This document shows positions 18,107 to 27,604 of a DNA stretch of 64,000 bases, one piece after another. This stretch comes from an uncultured Gammaproteobacteria bacterium (GTDB lineage Bacteria > Patescibacteriota > Microgenomatia > UBA8517). Both the position numbers and the translations under genes were made by a program. Under the pieces are notes generated by a model. The model searched no databases, had not been told where the DNA came from, and saw nothing but the letters and a program-made list of their open reading frames with translations. Each line of letters opens with the position of its first letter. The stretch's first letter is position 1. Where the stretch lies: assembly GCA_964635715.1 (NCBI GenBank), contig CAZWNZ010000001.1, positions 138,358 to 202,357 on the forward strand, read 5' to 3'.

Positions 18107-18403
18107 ATGAACAAGGACTGGTATGTTTATATGCTTCTTTGTGATCAGAAAACTTTTTATGTTGGGATTACTCCAGATTTATTAGAAAGAATGAGAAAAC
18201 ATGGGGACAAGCTGTCGTTTTTTACTAAAAAGTTTTCTGATCTGAAACTGGTTTATTGCGAAAAATATCGAAGCAAATTTGATGTTGCAAAAAGAGAAAA
18301 ACAAATAAAAGGTTGGAGTAGAGCAAAGAAGCAAAAGTTGATAAATGGAGAATTAGGTGTTAATACTTGTACTGAGATTGCCAAAGCTCTTTTGGGCGGA
18401 TGA
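18107..18403 (+). CDS. GIY-YIG nuclease-domain protein (YhbQ/UPF0213-like)
   Basis: MNKDWYVYMLLCDQKTFYVGITPDLLERMRKH. Starts 38 nt after the tRNA-Asn 3' end. Confidence 0.75.
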   Translation: MNKDWYVYMLLCDQKTFYVGITPDLLERMRKHGDKLSFFTKKFSDLKLVYCEKYRSKFDVAKREKQIKGWSRAKKQKLINGELGVNTCTEIAKALLGG

Positions 18404-18478
18404 GGAGTTTACCCTGAGTTTACCGAAGGGAGTCCTCCTGGGGGAGCATTTTGGGGAGGATGATTTAACCAATTATTT

Positions 18479-19105
18479 TTGTTGTATAATCTTCTAATGG
18501 CCGACGCTTCTTCTTCGGAATTTGGTGTTTCAGTTGAAATTGAAAATCCAAATAAGAACATAGATAAAATAACTACCTCCAAAGGTTCAGAATATAAGTA
18601 TTTGATAGACGGAAAGATACAGAGATTCAAAAAGGCGACTGGTGAAGTAATGGCTCCTCAAGATGTTTTGGTATTTATTCCTCCTTATGAGTCGTTAAAG
18701 GGTCAAGAATATTGGTCTAAATATTTACAAGAAAAAGGGATTAATGATCAAAATACTTACGAAAGAGTATTGTTGGATTTTACACGCCCCGGCAAAACAA
18801 TTTTGGTAACCAATAAAGAAGGAAATGAAATCAACAGTAATAATAGCGCCTATGAAATTAAAGGTAGGGGTCAGGGGGTTTATATACAGTTAATTGACAA
18901 AAGTGGTGGAAATTATGATCAAAAATACTTTTTTCCGGTATCAGTCGCTCCAAAAGTTGGTTGGCTAACTTTTGACACCCGCAGATATGAAGAAAATGGT
19001 AAAAAGATGCACGAAAAGCACATCGGCAATTCGGTGGTTGAAATTGGTTTAAAAAAGCCAGGTAATGCTTTTACCAAAGCCATTGAAGCTAGTAAAGGAA
19101 AATAA
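18479..19105 (+). CDS. Hypothetical Lys-rich soluble protein
   Basis: 208 aa with no recognisable motif. Confidence 0.35.
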   Translation: MLYNLLMADASSSEFGVSVEIENPNKNIDKITTSKGSEYKYLIDGKIQRFKKATGEVMAPQDVLVFIPPYESLKGQEYWSKYLQEKGINDQNTYERVLLDFTRPGKTILVTNKEGNEINSNNSAYEIKGRGQGVYIQLIDKSGGNYDQKYFFPVSVAPKVGWLTFDTRRYEENGKKMHEKHIGNSVVEIGLKKPGNAFTKAIEASKGK

Positions 19106-19193
19106 AATGTTGTTTGGATTTGTTCGGATTTAGTCTGGGGAGCTAATTTCTACGGACTTTTTCAGATTTTGAGGCTTCTGATATACTTCGAAT

Positions 19194-19667
19194 ATGGATA
19201 TAAAACTGGAGTTGGTAGTTATTGATGAAAGAGAACGATTGGAGGATCTAATTAATGATTATCAAAAAGAAATACTGAAATCTGATTCTGTTGAGGAATA
19301 CAAATATCTAGACAGCTATTGGGAAAAAGAAGATAGATGGCCATATTTTATCAAAGTTGATGGTACTGTTGTCGGTTTTGTATTAATGAATAGTTACAAC
19401 ATCATTGAAAAAGACGCTAAGAATATTGCCGAATTTTATGTTGATAAGAAATCTAGGGGGCAGGGTATTGGCAGGACCGTTGCAATAAAAGCTTTTGAAA
19501 TGTTTCCCGGGAAGTGGGAAATAAGAGAAATGAGGAACAATATCCCCGCTCAAAAATTTTGGAGAAAGGTGATTGAGGGGTACACAAAGGGACAGTTTAA
19601 AGAAGTAAGTTTGAATAACGAGAAATGGAATGGTTTTGTTCAGACTTTTCTCACAGCAATCAAATGA
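19194..19667 (+). CDS. GNAT-family N-acetyltransferase
   Basis: RGQGIGRTVAIKAFEMF acetyl-CoA binding motif. Confidence 0.7.
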   Translation: MDIKLELVVIDERERLEDLINDYQKEILKSDSVEEYKYLDSYWEKEDRWPYFIKVDGTVVGFVLMNSYNIIEKDAKNIAEFYVDKKSRGQGIGRTVAIKAFEMFPGKWEIREMRNNIPAQKFWRKVIEGYTKGQFKEVSLNNEKWNGFVQTFLTAIK

Positions 19668-19730
19668 CAGAAATTAAACCAAACCCAAATTGGACATGGG
19701 GAGGTGAAAAAATCTTGATATACTTAAAAA

Positions 19731-20921
19731 GTGATTAAGATACTTCATAAAATTAAAGTTTTTTTGGTAAACAAAAGATCGATCTTAATTCCTATATCAG
19801 TTTTTATTGTAGTGGCGTTGGTGGGAGCTTTTTTTATAAACAGTCTTTATCAAAAAAATAAAGATTTATATTCAAAATTTGAGGTTGCAAATGCAAATTT
19901 GGTTAGCTTGCAAAGTGAAGATCCGTATAAAACCAATCAGGAACTTAAAGCAGAAATTGCAAATATAAATAAAGTTTTTATTGAAGCAAAGGATATCTAT
20001 CAAGATATCACTGACCTTGACGTACAAAAAGGGCAAACAGGTGATATTAAAAAAACTTTTGCACAGGTTTTAACCTATCTTGCCGAAAGAAATTATGCTT
20101 CGGCAAGTGCTGACTTGATTGTTCTGACAGAATCTATACAAAAAGAAAAATCGAGAATTTCCTTGCTTTCAAATTCATCTTCGAAAAATACAATTGATAC
20201 TTCTTCTCTGACGCAAAGCAATATTCCTCCGAATTCAGGATACTCGCGGCAATCAGTGTCAGCTCTCGATTCTTCATACGTAGTTGACATTGTCGCAGCA
20301 GATATGTCTTCTACCAAAATAATTGTAGATACGGCAAGCGAGAGCGATTGCAGGGATAATTGTCCGGTACTGTCACTTGGCGATTATGTGGCAAGAAACG
20401 GAGCGTTTGCGGGAATAAACGGATCCTATTTTTGCCCGGCGGAATATCCAACATGTGCCGGAAAAACAAACTCTTTCGATACTCTTCTCATGAACAAAAA
20501 TAAAGTTTACTTTAACTCCGATAATAATGTTTACAGCACAATTCCTGCTGTAATTTTTCAAAGCGGTTCTATGAGATTTGTTAGTCAATCTCAGGAGTGG
20601 GGTAGGGATACAGGTGTAGATGGGGTTTTGGCAAATCAACCACTACTACTTTCGGGAGGAAATATTACTTTTACAGGAAACGGGGATCCTAAACAAGGAT
20701 CGAAAGGTTCGAGAAGTTTTATCGGGAATAAAGGATCAACCGCCTATATAGGGGTGGTAAGAAACGTAACAGTTGCCGAAATGGCGGAGGTATTAAAAGC
20801 AATGGGATTGGAAAATGCGCTAAACCTGGATTCGGGCGGATCAACTGCTCTTTGGTACGGCGGATATAAATCCGGGCCCGGAAGGAATATTCCCAATGCG
20901 ATACTTTTTGTTAAAAAATAA
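19731..20921 (+). CDS. Membrane-anchored phosphodiester glycosidase (NAGPA-like) family protein
   Basis: N-terminal TM, and ALNLDSGGSTAL is the hallmark of the phosphodiester glycosidase domain. Confidence 0.6.
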   Translation: MIKILHKIKVFLVNKRSILIPISVFIVVALVGAFFINSLYQKNKDLYSKFEVANANLVSLQSEDPYKTNQELKAEIANINKVFIEAKDIYQDITDLDVQKGQTGDIKKTFAQVLTYLAERNYASASADLIVLTESIQKEKSRISLLSNSSSKNTIDTSSLTQSNIPPNSGYSRQSVSALDSSYVVDIVAADMSSTKIIVDTASESDCRDNCPVLSLGDYVARNGAFAGINGSYFCPAEYPTCAGKTNSFDTLLMNKNKVYFNSDNNVYSTIPAVIFQSGSMRFVSQSQEWGRDTGVDGVLANQPLLLSGGNITFTGNGDPKQGSKGSRSFIGNKGSTAYIGVVRNVTVAEMAEVLKAMGLENALNLDSGGSTALWYGGYKSGPGRNIPNAILFVKK

Positions 20922-20934
20922 ATACTAGTTTTAC

Positions 20935-21537
20935 TTAAGATTTGGTAAGTGTTAGATGAGCAGAGAATTTTGTGATGGCATATTGAAAGGCAAGAAGTGC
21001 GACTCCACCAATAATAATCAGACCAATAATCATTTCCCGAGTTACCTCAAACGGAAGCCTTAGCATTCCTTCGAGGCTACCTGCGGTATAAGGATCGGAT
21101 AGGGCAATTGCTGCCGAGGAAATACATATTAAAAGCATAAAAATAACACTTATTAAGCAAGCTTTCTCAATTCCTTTTTTTATTTTTTCCTCTGAAAATT
21201 TAAGTATCTTTGTCTGTCTGGCAATAAATACCCCGACGGGAATGCCCAAAAACAAATTAAAAACAGGCACCCCCATGAAAAAACCAAAGAAACCGATTGA
21301 ATAAAAAATGTAAATTAAAAGTAGTAAATATTTATTTATCCGGTAGGCTTTCTTTATCCATTTTTTGAGAAATAAGACATCCAACAGGATTCCGATTATC
21401 AATCCAACCAGGGCGACAATAAACACACGGTTTTCAGGGATGAATAAAAGACTAATCCACCAACCGGCAAGAAAAAGAAGGATCAGCAGTATCGGGGCAA
21501 GTATTACAAAAAGGAATACTTTGTCAAAACGGGTCAT
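20935..21537 (-). CDS. Polytopic membrane protein (hypothetical)
   Basis: About six hydrophobic helices. Confidence 0.4.
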   Translation of the reverse strand: MTRFDKVFLFVILAPILLILLFLAGWWISLLFIPENRVFIVALVGLIIGILLDVLFLKKWIKKAYRINKYLLLLIYIFYSIGFFGFFMGVPVFNLFLGIPVGVFIARQTKILKFSEEKIKKGIEKACLISVIFMLLICISSAAIALSDPYTAGSLEGMLRLPFEVTREMIIGLIIIGGVALLAFQYAITKFSAHLTLTKS

Positions 21538-21582
21538 ATTTATATCATATTAATATTTTTCCGTATAAGCCATCATCCAGCG

Positions 21583-21921
21583 TCAAAAAATTACAAAAAG
21601 TACACCAATTGCTGCAACAATCCCCAGGAAGGGGACAGCTTTTTTTGCCACTTTTATTGGAAGAAACAATTCAAAGAATGCCTTATCGTCTCCGTATTTA
21701 TGATGAACTGCTCCTAGAGGACAATTTCCGCCATTAAGAGAGACCACGGCACCTTCCAAGATAATTAGACCGATTGCGATATATGTTAAAAAACCAACTT
21801 TATTGGTAATTCCTGAATAATATATATAAAAAATACAACTCAAAAAGACAAAAGTTATGACCCCATGTAGAGTTCTGATCAAAATGACCATCTTATCGTT
21901 TTTCATTATCAATTGAGCCAT
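21583..21921 (-). CDS. DUF2784-like small membrane protein
   Basis: GGNCPLGAVHHKYGD motif between TM helices. Confidence 0.4.
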   Translation of the reverse strand: MAQLIMKNDKMVILIRTLHGVITFVFLSCIFYIYYSGITNKVGFLTYIAIGLIILEGAVVSLNGGNCPLGAVHHKYGDDKAFFELFLPIKVAKKAVPFLGIVAAIGVLFVIF

Positions 21922-22021
21922 TATACAATATCATTCAAGACGCATTACTTTCACCCCCTTTTTTATGAATCTTTTTTGAATAAAAATTTTAGTTGAATAC
22001 ATTGCTCTGGTATATTTAATT

Positions 22022-23014
22022 ATGCTTAGCAAAAATCTTGATTCGCAGGGTATTTCAAAAAAAATTTCTGTAGAAATAAACGGAGTCAAACAGGGAATGT
22101 TTATAAAAGGAAAAAACAAAAACAACCCGGTTTTACTTTATCTTCATGGAGGTATGCCCGATTACTTTTTAAAACAAAAATACCCCACAAAATTGGAAGA
22201 CGACTTTGTTGTTGTCTGGTGGGAACAGCGGGGGAGCGGAATTTCTTACAATTCCAAGGAACCATTATCTTCAATTACACAGGAAAAGCTGATTTCAGAC
22301 ACCTTAGAGTTAACCAATTATCTCCGTCGGAGATTTGAAAAGAAAAAAATATATTTAATGGGTCATTCGGGAGGAACATTTATTGGCATACAAACAGCCG
22401 CAAGGACGCCTGAATTATACGAGGCCTATATAGGAGTAGCTCAAATGTCAAATCAATTTGAATCGGAGGTGGAGGCGTATGATTACATGCTGGGACAATA
22501 CAAGAAAAAGGAAAATACCGGAATGGTAAGAAAACTAATGAGGAACCCCGTCGTACTGAACCGCAAAATATTCCAAGGGTATCTCAAGATCCGTGACCAA
22601 GCAATGCACAGATTGGGTATTGGTACAACGCATGATATGAACTCTGTAATAACCGGTATTTTTTTGCCGTCATTAATGTCTCGGGAATATACACTGAAGG
22701 AAAAAATAAACTTATGGCGCGGTAAATTTGGATCTGGAATAAGCGTACTTTCGGACACAATAATGACAACAGACCTTAATACAAAAGTTAAGAAAGTGGA
22801 TTTACCTATTTATTTTTTCCACGGCAAATATGATTACACGGTTTCTTACAAAGGTGCCTTATCTTATTTTATGCGCATCAAAGCTCCTACAAAAGGCTTT
22901 TATACATTTAAAAAATCAGCGCACAGCCCAATGTTTGAAGAACCAGAAAAGATGCAAGAAATATTATGTAAGGATGTTTTGAATAAGAAAAACAATCTTG
23001 CGGATAGTTTATAA
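22022..23014 (+). CDS. Alpha/beta hydrolase (proline iminopeptidase-like)
   Basis: Nucleophile elbow LMGHSGGTF with HGG upstream. Confidence 0.7.
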   Translation: MLSKNLDSQGISKKISVEINGVKQGMFIKGKNKNNPVLLYLHGGMPDYFLKQKYPTKLEDDFVVVWWEQRGSGISYNSKEPLSSITQEKLISDTLELTNYLRRRFEKKKIYLMGHSGGTFIGIQTAARTPELYEAYIGVAQMSNQFESEVEAYDYMLGQYKKKENTGMVRKLMRNPVVLNRKIFQGYLKIRDQAMHRLGIGTTHDMNSVITGIFLPSLMSREYTLKEKINLWRGKFGSGISVLSDTIMTTDLNTKVKKVDLPIYFFHGKYDYTVSYKGALSYFMRIKAPTKGFYTFKKSAHSPMFEEPEKMQEILCKDVLNKKNNLADSL

Positions 23015-23794
23015 GAACCCTTCATTTGTTGGGTGCAGACATTTAATTAAAAGCGGCAGTAATGTGAGAAGAAAAATGTCCGTTGCGAAATGAGAAATAA
23101 TTGCGGATTCCAAACCCTTTTTCCAATATAGATATCCGAAAATAATACCGCCGATGCCGTTAAGAATAATCGCACGCATTACGACAAGGGGAGTAATTTT
23201 TGTCAGTGATGCTGTAATGGGCAAATGTCCCAAACCAAAAATAGCGGCAGCTAAGATAATAGAAAAAATAACAATTACATTTGACGGCTTTTTTTGCTTA
23301 AATATTTTCATTCCCAACCAGACAAAAAGCGTCATCAGAAAAAGCCTCATCAGAATTTCTTCAGTGATACCTCCATAAAATGAGGCCAGAAGCGTTTGCC
23401 ATACAGGCGCGATAGTTTGGTGTGTGGATATCCCGGGTATTACAAATAAAAAGTCCGCGGCATAGATAAGTATTCCCGAGACCGCACCCCAGAAAAGAGA
23501 CGCTCCAACAATATTTTTGATAATTTTTTTTGGGCTATTTTTATTGACAATCGCGGTTAGAAGAGGCAGTTGAAAACCCGTCTTTTCCGATAAAAACAGG
23601 CCTATGAATATTGCTATAGAAAAAAGAACAGCACTTTGGATAATTTGTACAAGGAATATATAAACAAGCGATACCCCCGACATTTTCAACAGTTCACCTT
23701 GTACGGTCACAATATACGGAAACACACAGGCAATGCTTGCCAGACTTGAAACAATCAAGATTATAAATATTTTCCAATTAATATTTTTTTTCAT
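23009..23794 (-). CDS. CPBP-family intramembrane metalloprotease (CAAX protease/Abi)
   Basis: EEILMRLFL, FGLGHL and HFATDI motifs. Confidence 0.7.
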   Translation of the reverse strand: MKKNINWKIFIILIVSSLASIACVFPYIVTVQGELLKMSGVSLVYIFLVQIIQSAVLFSIAIFIGLFLSEKTGFQLPLLTAIVNKNSPKKIIKNIVGASLFWGAVSGILIYAADFLFVIPGISTHQTIAPVWQTLLASFYGGITEEILMRLFLMTLFVWLGMKIFKQKKPSNVIVIFSIILAAAIFGLGHLPITASLTKITPLVVMRAIILNGIGGIIFGYLYWKKGLESAIISHFATDIFLLTLLPLLIKCLHPTNEGFL

Positions 23795-23801
23795 AAGGCA
23801 T

Positions 23802-24773
23802 TTAATCTACAAGTGAAAGTATTTCGGCAATAACTATATCAGGAAAATACTGATGTATGTTGTGATTTACCCCCTCAACAATCTTTTGACTACTGTTGGA
23901 TGACCAATTTTTAAATGTTTCCTGACTAACTTTCCATTTTTCATCTTTTGATTCATCTCCGGATGTTAATATCCTAAAAGGGATATCACCTAATTGCCCC
24001 GCTTTAACTACCGCTTCTGCATTTAGTCTAATATTGTTAGTTTCGTCAATTTTATTATTGTTTACCATATTTTTTAGGTACATTGCCTTATCTATTTCTC
24101 GCAATTCTTCAGGAATTAACAGTAGATGATTTCTTGCGGCGTATGCGGATGAATAGAAGCTGGGGGAGTAATTGAATAGAAGTCTAAAGATTCCAAAGTT
24201 ATTCAAAATTGATTTCAGTCTGAGGGAGGATAGCGCGCTGTCGGTTAGAGTTTCATTTGCATAAAATTCAGGATTACCTGCATCAATTGTGACAATTCCT
24301 TTTACATCATCTTTATAAATTTGGGCAAACCTTATTATTTCAAGTGATTCGAGAGAATGCCCCACAAGAATGTAAGGAGGTTTTTGGCCAGATTTTTCCA
24401 GCAATTCATGCAATTCTTTAGCCATTGTGTCTGCATCTCTGGGTGTTGGGGAAGTGTTACTCCAACCATATCCGGGTCTATCATAAACTGCAATTTTTGC
24501 CTGCCCTGATATTTTGCTATACAGCGGATAAAAATCGGTATAAGGGCAGGGAATCCCAAAGCCGGAAGCAAAAACGACAGTTGAGTTTCCGCCTCCTTCC
24601 GTATAAATATGCATTTTATGTCCGTTAATTTCAATTATCTTTCCCGGAGGTGTGTATTTTTTGCCATCAAAATATTCACTTATCTTTTCATAAATGAATC
24701 CGGATAAAAGGACTACGAGAAATATTACAATTCCCCCGATACATATTCTTTTGATCCATTTTAATATTTTCAT
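23802..24773 (-). CDS. Alpha/beta hydrolase-fold protein
   Basis: YDRPGYGWS and VGHSLES elbow-like segment after an N-terminal TM. Confidence 0.55.
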   Translation of the reverse strand: MKILKWIKRICIGGIVIFLVVLLSGFIYEKISEYFDGKKYTPPGKIIEINGHKMHIYTEGGGNSTVVFASGFGIPCPYTDFYPLYSKISGQAKIAVYDRPGYGWSNTSPTPRDADTMAKELHELLEKSGQKPPYILVGHSLESLEIIRFAQIYKDDVKGIVTIDAGNPEFYANETLTDSALSSLRLKSILNNFGIFRLLFNYSPSFYSSAYAARNHLLLIPEELREIDKAMYLKNMVNNNKIDETNNIRLNAEAVVKAGQLGDIPFRILTSGDESKDEKWKVSQETFKNWSSNSSQKIVEGVNHNIHQYFPDIVIAEILSLVD

Positions 24774-24785
24774 ACTAAGTAATTA

Positions 24786-25613
24786 TTATTTTTGGTTATA
24801 GATAATTTCATCCACAGATATGTCAATATATTTGCAATCTCCGCTGTTTAGCTTCCAAACGGCACTGCCTTTAGTGGGAAGATTAAATCCGTTAATTTGG
24901 CCATATTCGGATATCGGTGTTTCCCATTTTTCCAAAGAAAATCCGCTATTTGCTGAATAATATCGCTGAGCGACAAAGTTGACTAATTTTCCCTCATTAT
25001 CAAAATATATTACGGCACTTACACTTTTATCGGATGCAAATAATGTTACTTCTGCTGAATTTTCATCAATATATTTCCAGGTAACATTGTCACCCAAAAA
25101 GGCGGTAGGGAACCACATCATTTCGTTTAAATAACGCATCATAGCTCCCTGATCGAGCTCTTCACTCTTAGCATTGGCTACAGGAAAAATTGAAATGAGC
25201 TTTATAAAAAGCTCTCCTTCTCCGTTTTGATATTTATCTCTTCCTTGAATAACCGGTAGCCATTGTTTTGGACCCCAAACATGCCAAATAAATGCAGGCG
25301 GGTTAGTGGAATAATATTCTTCGGCTACGATCGGAAACCATTTTCCTTCAGGGGTTGTTTTCATTTGTCCGACCTGTTTAAGGTATACGGTATTTGTCCA
25401 CGGTTTGCCGATTACTCCGGAATATCGCAAGTATCTTTGGACAGGGGATGGCAACCCCTGAAGCATCTCTTCTGTGATAATTTTTTCATCCGTTAAACTT
25501 TCGGAATAAAGTGTTTTAACCTCTTTATCAACCATCCGACTAAATTGTATGTAAGCAAAAACGAGGCTTACAATAATTAAAAACAGTAATATTAAAACGA
25601 TTTTTTTAACCAT
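24786..25613 (-). CDS. Hypothetical membrane-anchored/secreted protein
   Basis: N-terminal TM only; no assignable domain. Confidence 0.4.
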   Translation of the reverse strand: MVKKIVLILLFLIIVSLVFAYIQFSRMVDKEVKTLYSESLTDEKIITEEMLQGLPSPVQRYLRYSGVIGKPWTNTVYLKQVGQMKTTPEGKWFPIVAEEYYSTNPPAFIWHVWGPKQWLPVIQGRDKYQNGEGELFIKLISIFPVANAKSEELDQGAMMRYLNEMMWFPTAFLGDNVTWKYIDENSAEVTLFASDKSVSAVIYFDNEGKLVNFVAQRYYSANSGFSLEKWETPISEYGQINGFNLPTKGSAVWKLNSGDCKYIDISVDEIIYNQK

Positions 25614-25659
25614 GTTTTATTATATGAATAAAGAGACAATTTAACCAATGCCAATACAC

Positions 25660-25710
25660 TTGACAAAAGGAAATATTAATATATAATTAGATAGTTGTCG
25701 AAATATCTAA
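25660..25710 (+). promoter_or_regulatory. Sigma-70-like promoter (TTGACA-16-TATAAT) overlapped by a TTAGATA/TATCTAA inverted repeat (putative ArsR-type operator)
   Basis: TTGACA at 25660-25665, TATAAT at 25682-25687, inverted repeat 25687-25693 and 25704-25710, just upstream of the ArsR-family gene. Confidence 0.45.
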
Positions 25711-25714
25711 ATGA

Positions 25715-25987
25715 ATGTTAATATTATCAAACACATTTTCTGCCCTTTCAGACCCTAATAGACAAAAAATATTAGAGCTCTTAAAAAAAAGGGAGATGTC
25801 AGTTACGGAGATACTTGGTGGACTGGATATTACAATGGCCACTTTGTCACATCACCTAGATATATTAAAAAGAGCAGATTTGATTTCGGGCAGGAGAGAA
25901 GGGCAAAAAATATTTTATTCTCTTAACCTGAGTATTTTGGAAGAAATTAGCGAGAAAATAGTCAAACTATTGAAAGTAAAACAATAA
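25715..25987 (+). CDS. ArsR/SmtB-family transcriptional regulator
   Basis: LSDPNRQKILELLKKREMSVTEILGGLDITMATLSHHLDILKRADLI is a winged HTH. Confidence 0.8.
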   Translation: MLILSNTFSALSDPNRQKILELLKKREMSVTEILGGLDITMATLSHHLDILKRADLISGRREGQKIFYSLNLSILEEISEKIVKLLKVKQ

Positions 25988-25988
25988 T

Positions 25989-26654
25989 ATGAAATATCCA
26001 ATAAAAATTACCAAGAAAACCGAATTTCTGCCAATTTCCATAGTGATTGCCTCAATTATCCTTGGGGTTTATTTTTACTTTCATTTCCCAGAGACGGTAA
26101 TGGTACACTGGAATTTCCAGGGTGTCCCGGATGGATATAGCGGGCGTTTTACGGGAGCGTTTGCAATGCCTTTAATGCTTGCTTTAATGTATATTTTATT
26201 TTTAGTACTTCCGTCACTTGATCCCAAAAGGGATCGTTATTCGGAGTTCGAAAAGACCTTTCATATATTAAGATCTGCAATTATGGTGGTTCTTCTAATT
26301 GCTTTCATTATCATGGGTCTTTTAAATTTGGGCATTTTCATTGAAGTTGGTCCGATCGTAGCCGCCGTAATTGGAATTTTTATAATGATTGCCGGCAATT
26401 TTATGGGCAAAATCAAAAGGAACAGTTATTTGGGTATAAGAACACCCTGGACTCTTCAATCGGAGAACGTCTGGAATAAAACACACCGTTTTGGAGGTTG
26501 GATGTTTGTGATATTTGGTCTAATTATTGTCGCTGCCCCGCATTTGTCTTATCAGTTGGCTTTAACGCTTTTCTTGTCAGGTGTCGGATTAATTGTTGTT
26601 GGGACATCAATATATTCGTATTGGCTGTATTCGAAAGAAAAGAATAAAAAATAA
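25989..26654 (+). CDS. SdpI/YhfL-family membrane protein (DUF1648 plus SdpI domain)
   Basis: HWNFQG and GIRTPWTLQSENVWNKTHR motifs. Paired with the ArsR (SdpR-like) gene, with stop and start abutting. Confidence 0.65.
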   Translation: MKYPIKITKKTEFLPISIVIASIILGVYFYFHFPETVMVHWNFQGVPDGYSGRFTGAFAMPLMLALMYILFLVLPSLDPKRDRYSEFEKTFHILRSAIMVVLLIAFIIMGLLNLGIFIEVGPIVAAVIGIFIMIAGNFMGKIKRNSYLGIRTPWTLQSENVWNKTHRFGGWMFVIFGLIIVAAPHLSYQLALTLFLSGVGLIVVGTSIYSYWLYSKEKNKK

Positions 26655-26671
26655 GGCATTTCCGATAAAGA

Positions 26672-26932
26672 TCATTTCTTCCCGATAGGACATTTCCAGA
26701 CGAGAATAATGAGAATTATGAATGGCAGAACTTGTAGGAGGTGTGTTAGTCCGCTTAAATCTCCGCCAATTACTTCTCCAAACATAAAAAATAGGAAGAA
26801 TGCTGCGGGGATTGCGAATAATACGGTAAGGAAGATGACAAGCTTTTTATTCCTCATACATTTATAGTAGAACAATATTTTGCTTAATGATACAATTTTC
26901 TGTATGACAAAAGTAAAAGACGAATGTTGCAC
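26672..26932 (-). CDS. Small membrane protein (hypothetical)
   Basis: Two hydrophobic helices. Start uncertain. Confidence 0.25.
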   Translation of the reverse strand: MQHSSFTFVIQKIVSLSKILFYYKCMRNKKLVIFLTVLFAIPAAFFLFFMFGEVIGGDLSGLTHLLQVLPFIILIILVWKCPIGKK

Positions 26933-27386
26933 GAAATTTAAGCCTGAAAGTTATCAAAATAAAACTCATGTTTGGAAAGACAAACTATTCCTTCAAGACG
27001 AGGTTAAACAAGTAATGCATATGCCTATAAATATGGGAGCTGTGATTACAAGAATGTTTAAAAAGGTTGAAGAGGCTCAGGCAGCTCCTCCCACAAACGA
27101 ATTTTTAGTTCTTTGTTATGATCCATCCCCCTGGAAATCTGAAATATATATGACAGTAAATAAAAATATTCCGGGAGGAAAAATGGCAAAATTGACGGGA
27201 AAATTCGTTAGTAAAGTTTATGATGGACAATATAACGAAGTTCCCGCCTGGATCAAAGACATGGATACTTATTTAGCCAGTCATGGGCAAAAAGCCAAAA
27301 AGTATTATTTCCATTATGCATACTGTCCCAAGTGTGCCAAAAAATACGGACATAATTACTGCATAGCATTTGCCCAGGTTGACTAG
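26904..27386 (+). CDS. Hypothetical Cys-containing protein
   Basis: MTKVKDECC...YCPKCAKKYGHNYC. No assignable domain and the start is ambiguous. Confidence 0.35.
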   Translation: MTKVKDECCTKFKPESYQNKTHVWKDKLFLQDEVKQVMHMPINMGAVITRMFKKVEEAQAAPPTNEFLVLCYDPSPWKSEIYMTVNKNIPGGKMAKLTGKFVSKVYDGQYNEVPAWIKDMDTYLASHGQKAKKYYFHYAYCPKCAKKYGHNYCIAFAQVD

Positions 27387-27604
27387 TTTTTTATTTCAAA
27401 TAATTTATTTTTTGACTTATTTCCGTTTAGAAGAATTACTTTTCCACGATTTACATTAAAATGGGTGGCCAAGGCCTCAATAACTGCACGGTTTGCCTTT
27501 CCTTCAAGTGGGGGAGCGGAAACATAGACATGTATAGTTCCCAATAGATCATTTTCAATTCTGGGTTTTTTTGCGTTAGGATGAGCAATTACTGAGAGTT
27601 TCAT
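27383..27604 (-). CDS. DUF167 (YggU/UPF0235) family protein
   Basis: HPNAKKPRI...YVSAPPLEGKANRAVIEALA...LLNGNKSKNK matches the DUF167 pattern. Confidence 0.7.
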   Translation of the reverse strand: MKLSVIAHPNAKKPRIENDLLGTIHVYVSAPPLEGKANRAVIEALATHFNVNRGKVILLNGNKSKNKLFEIKN

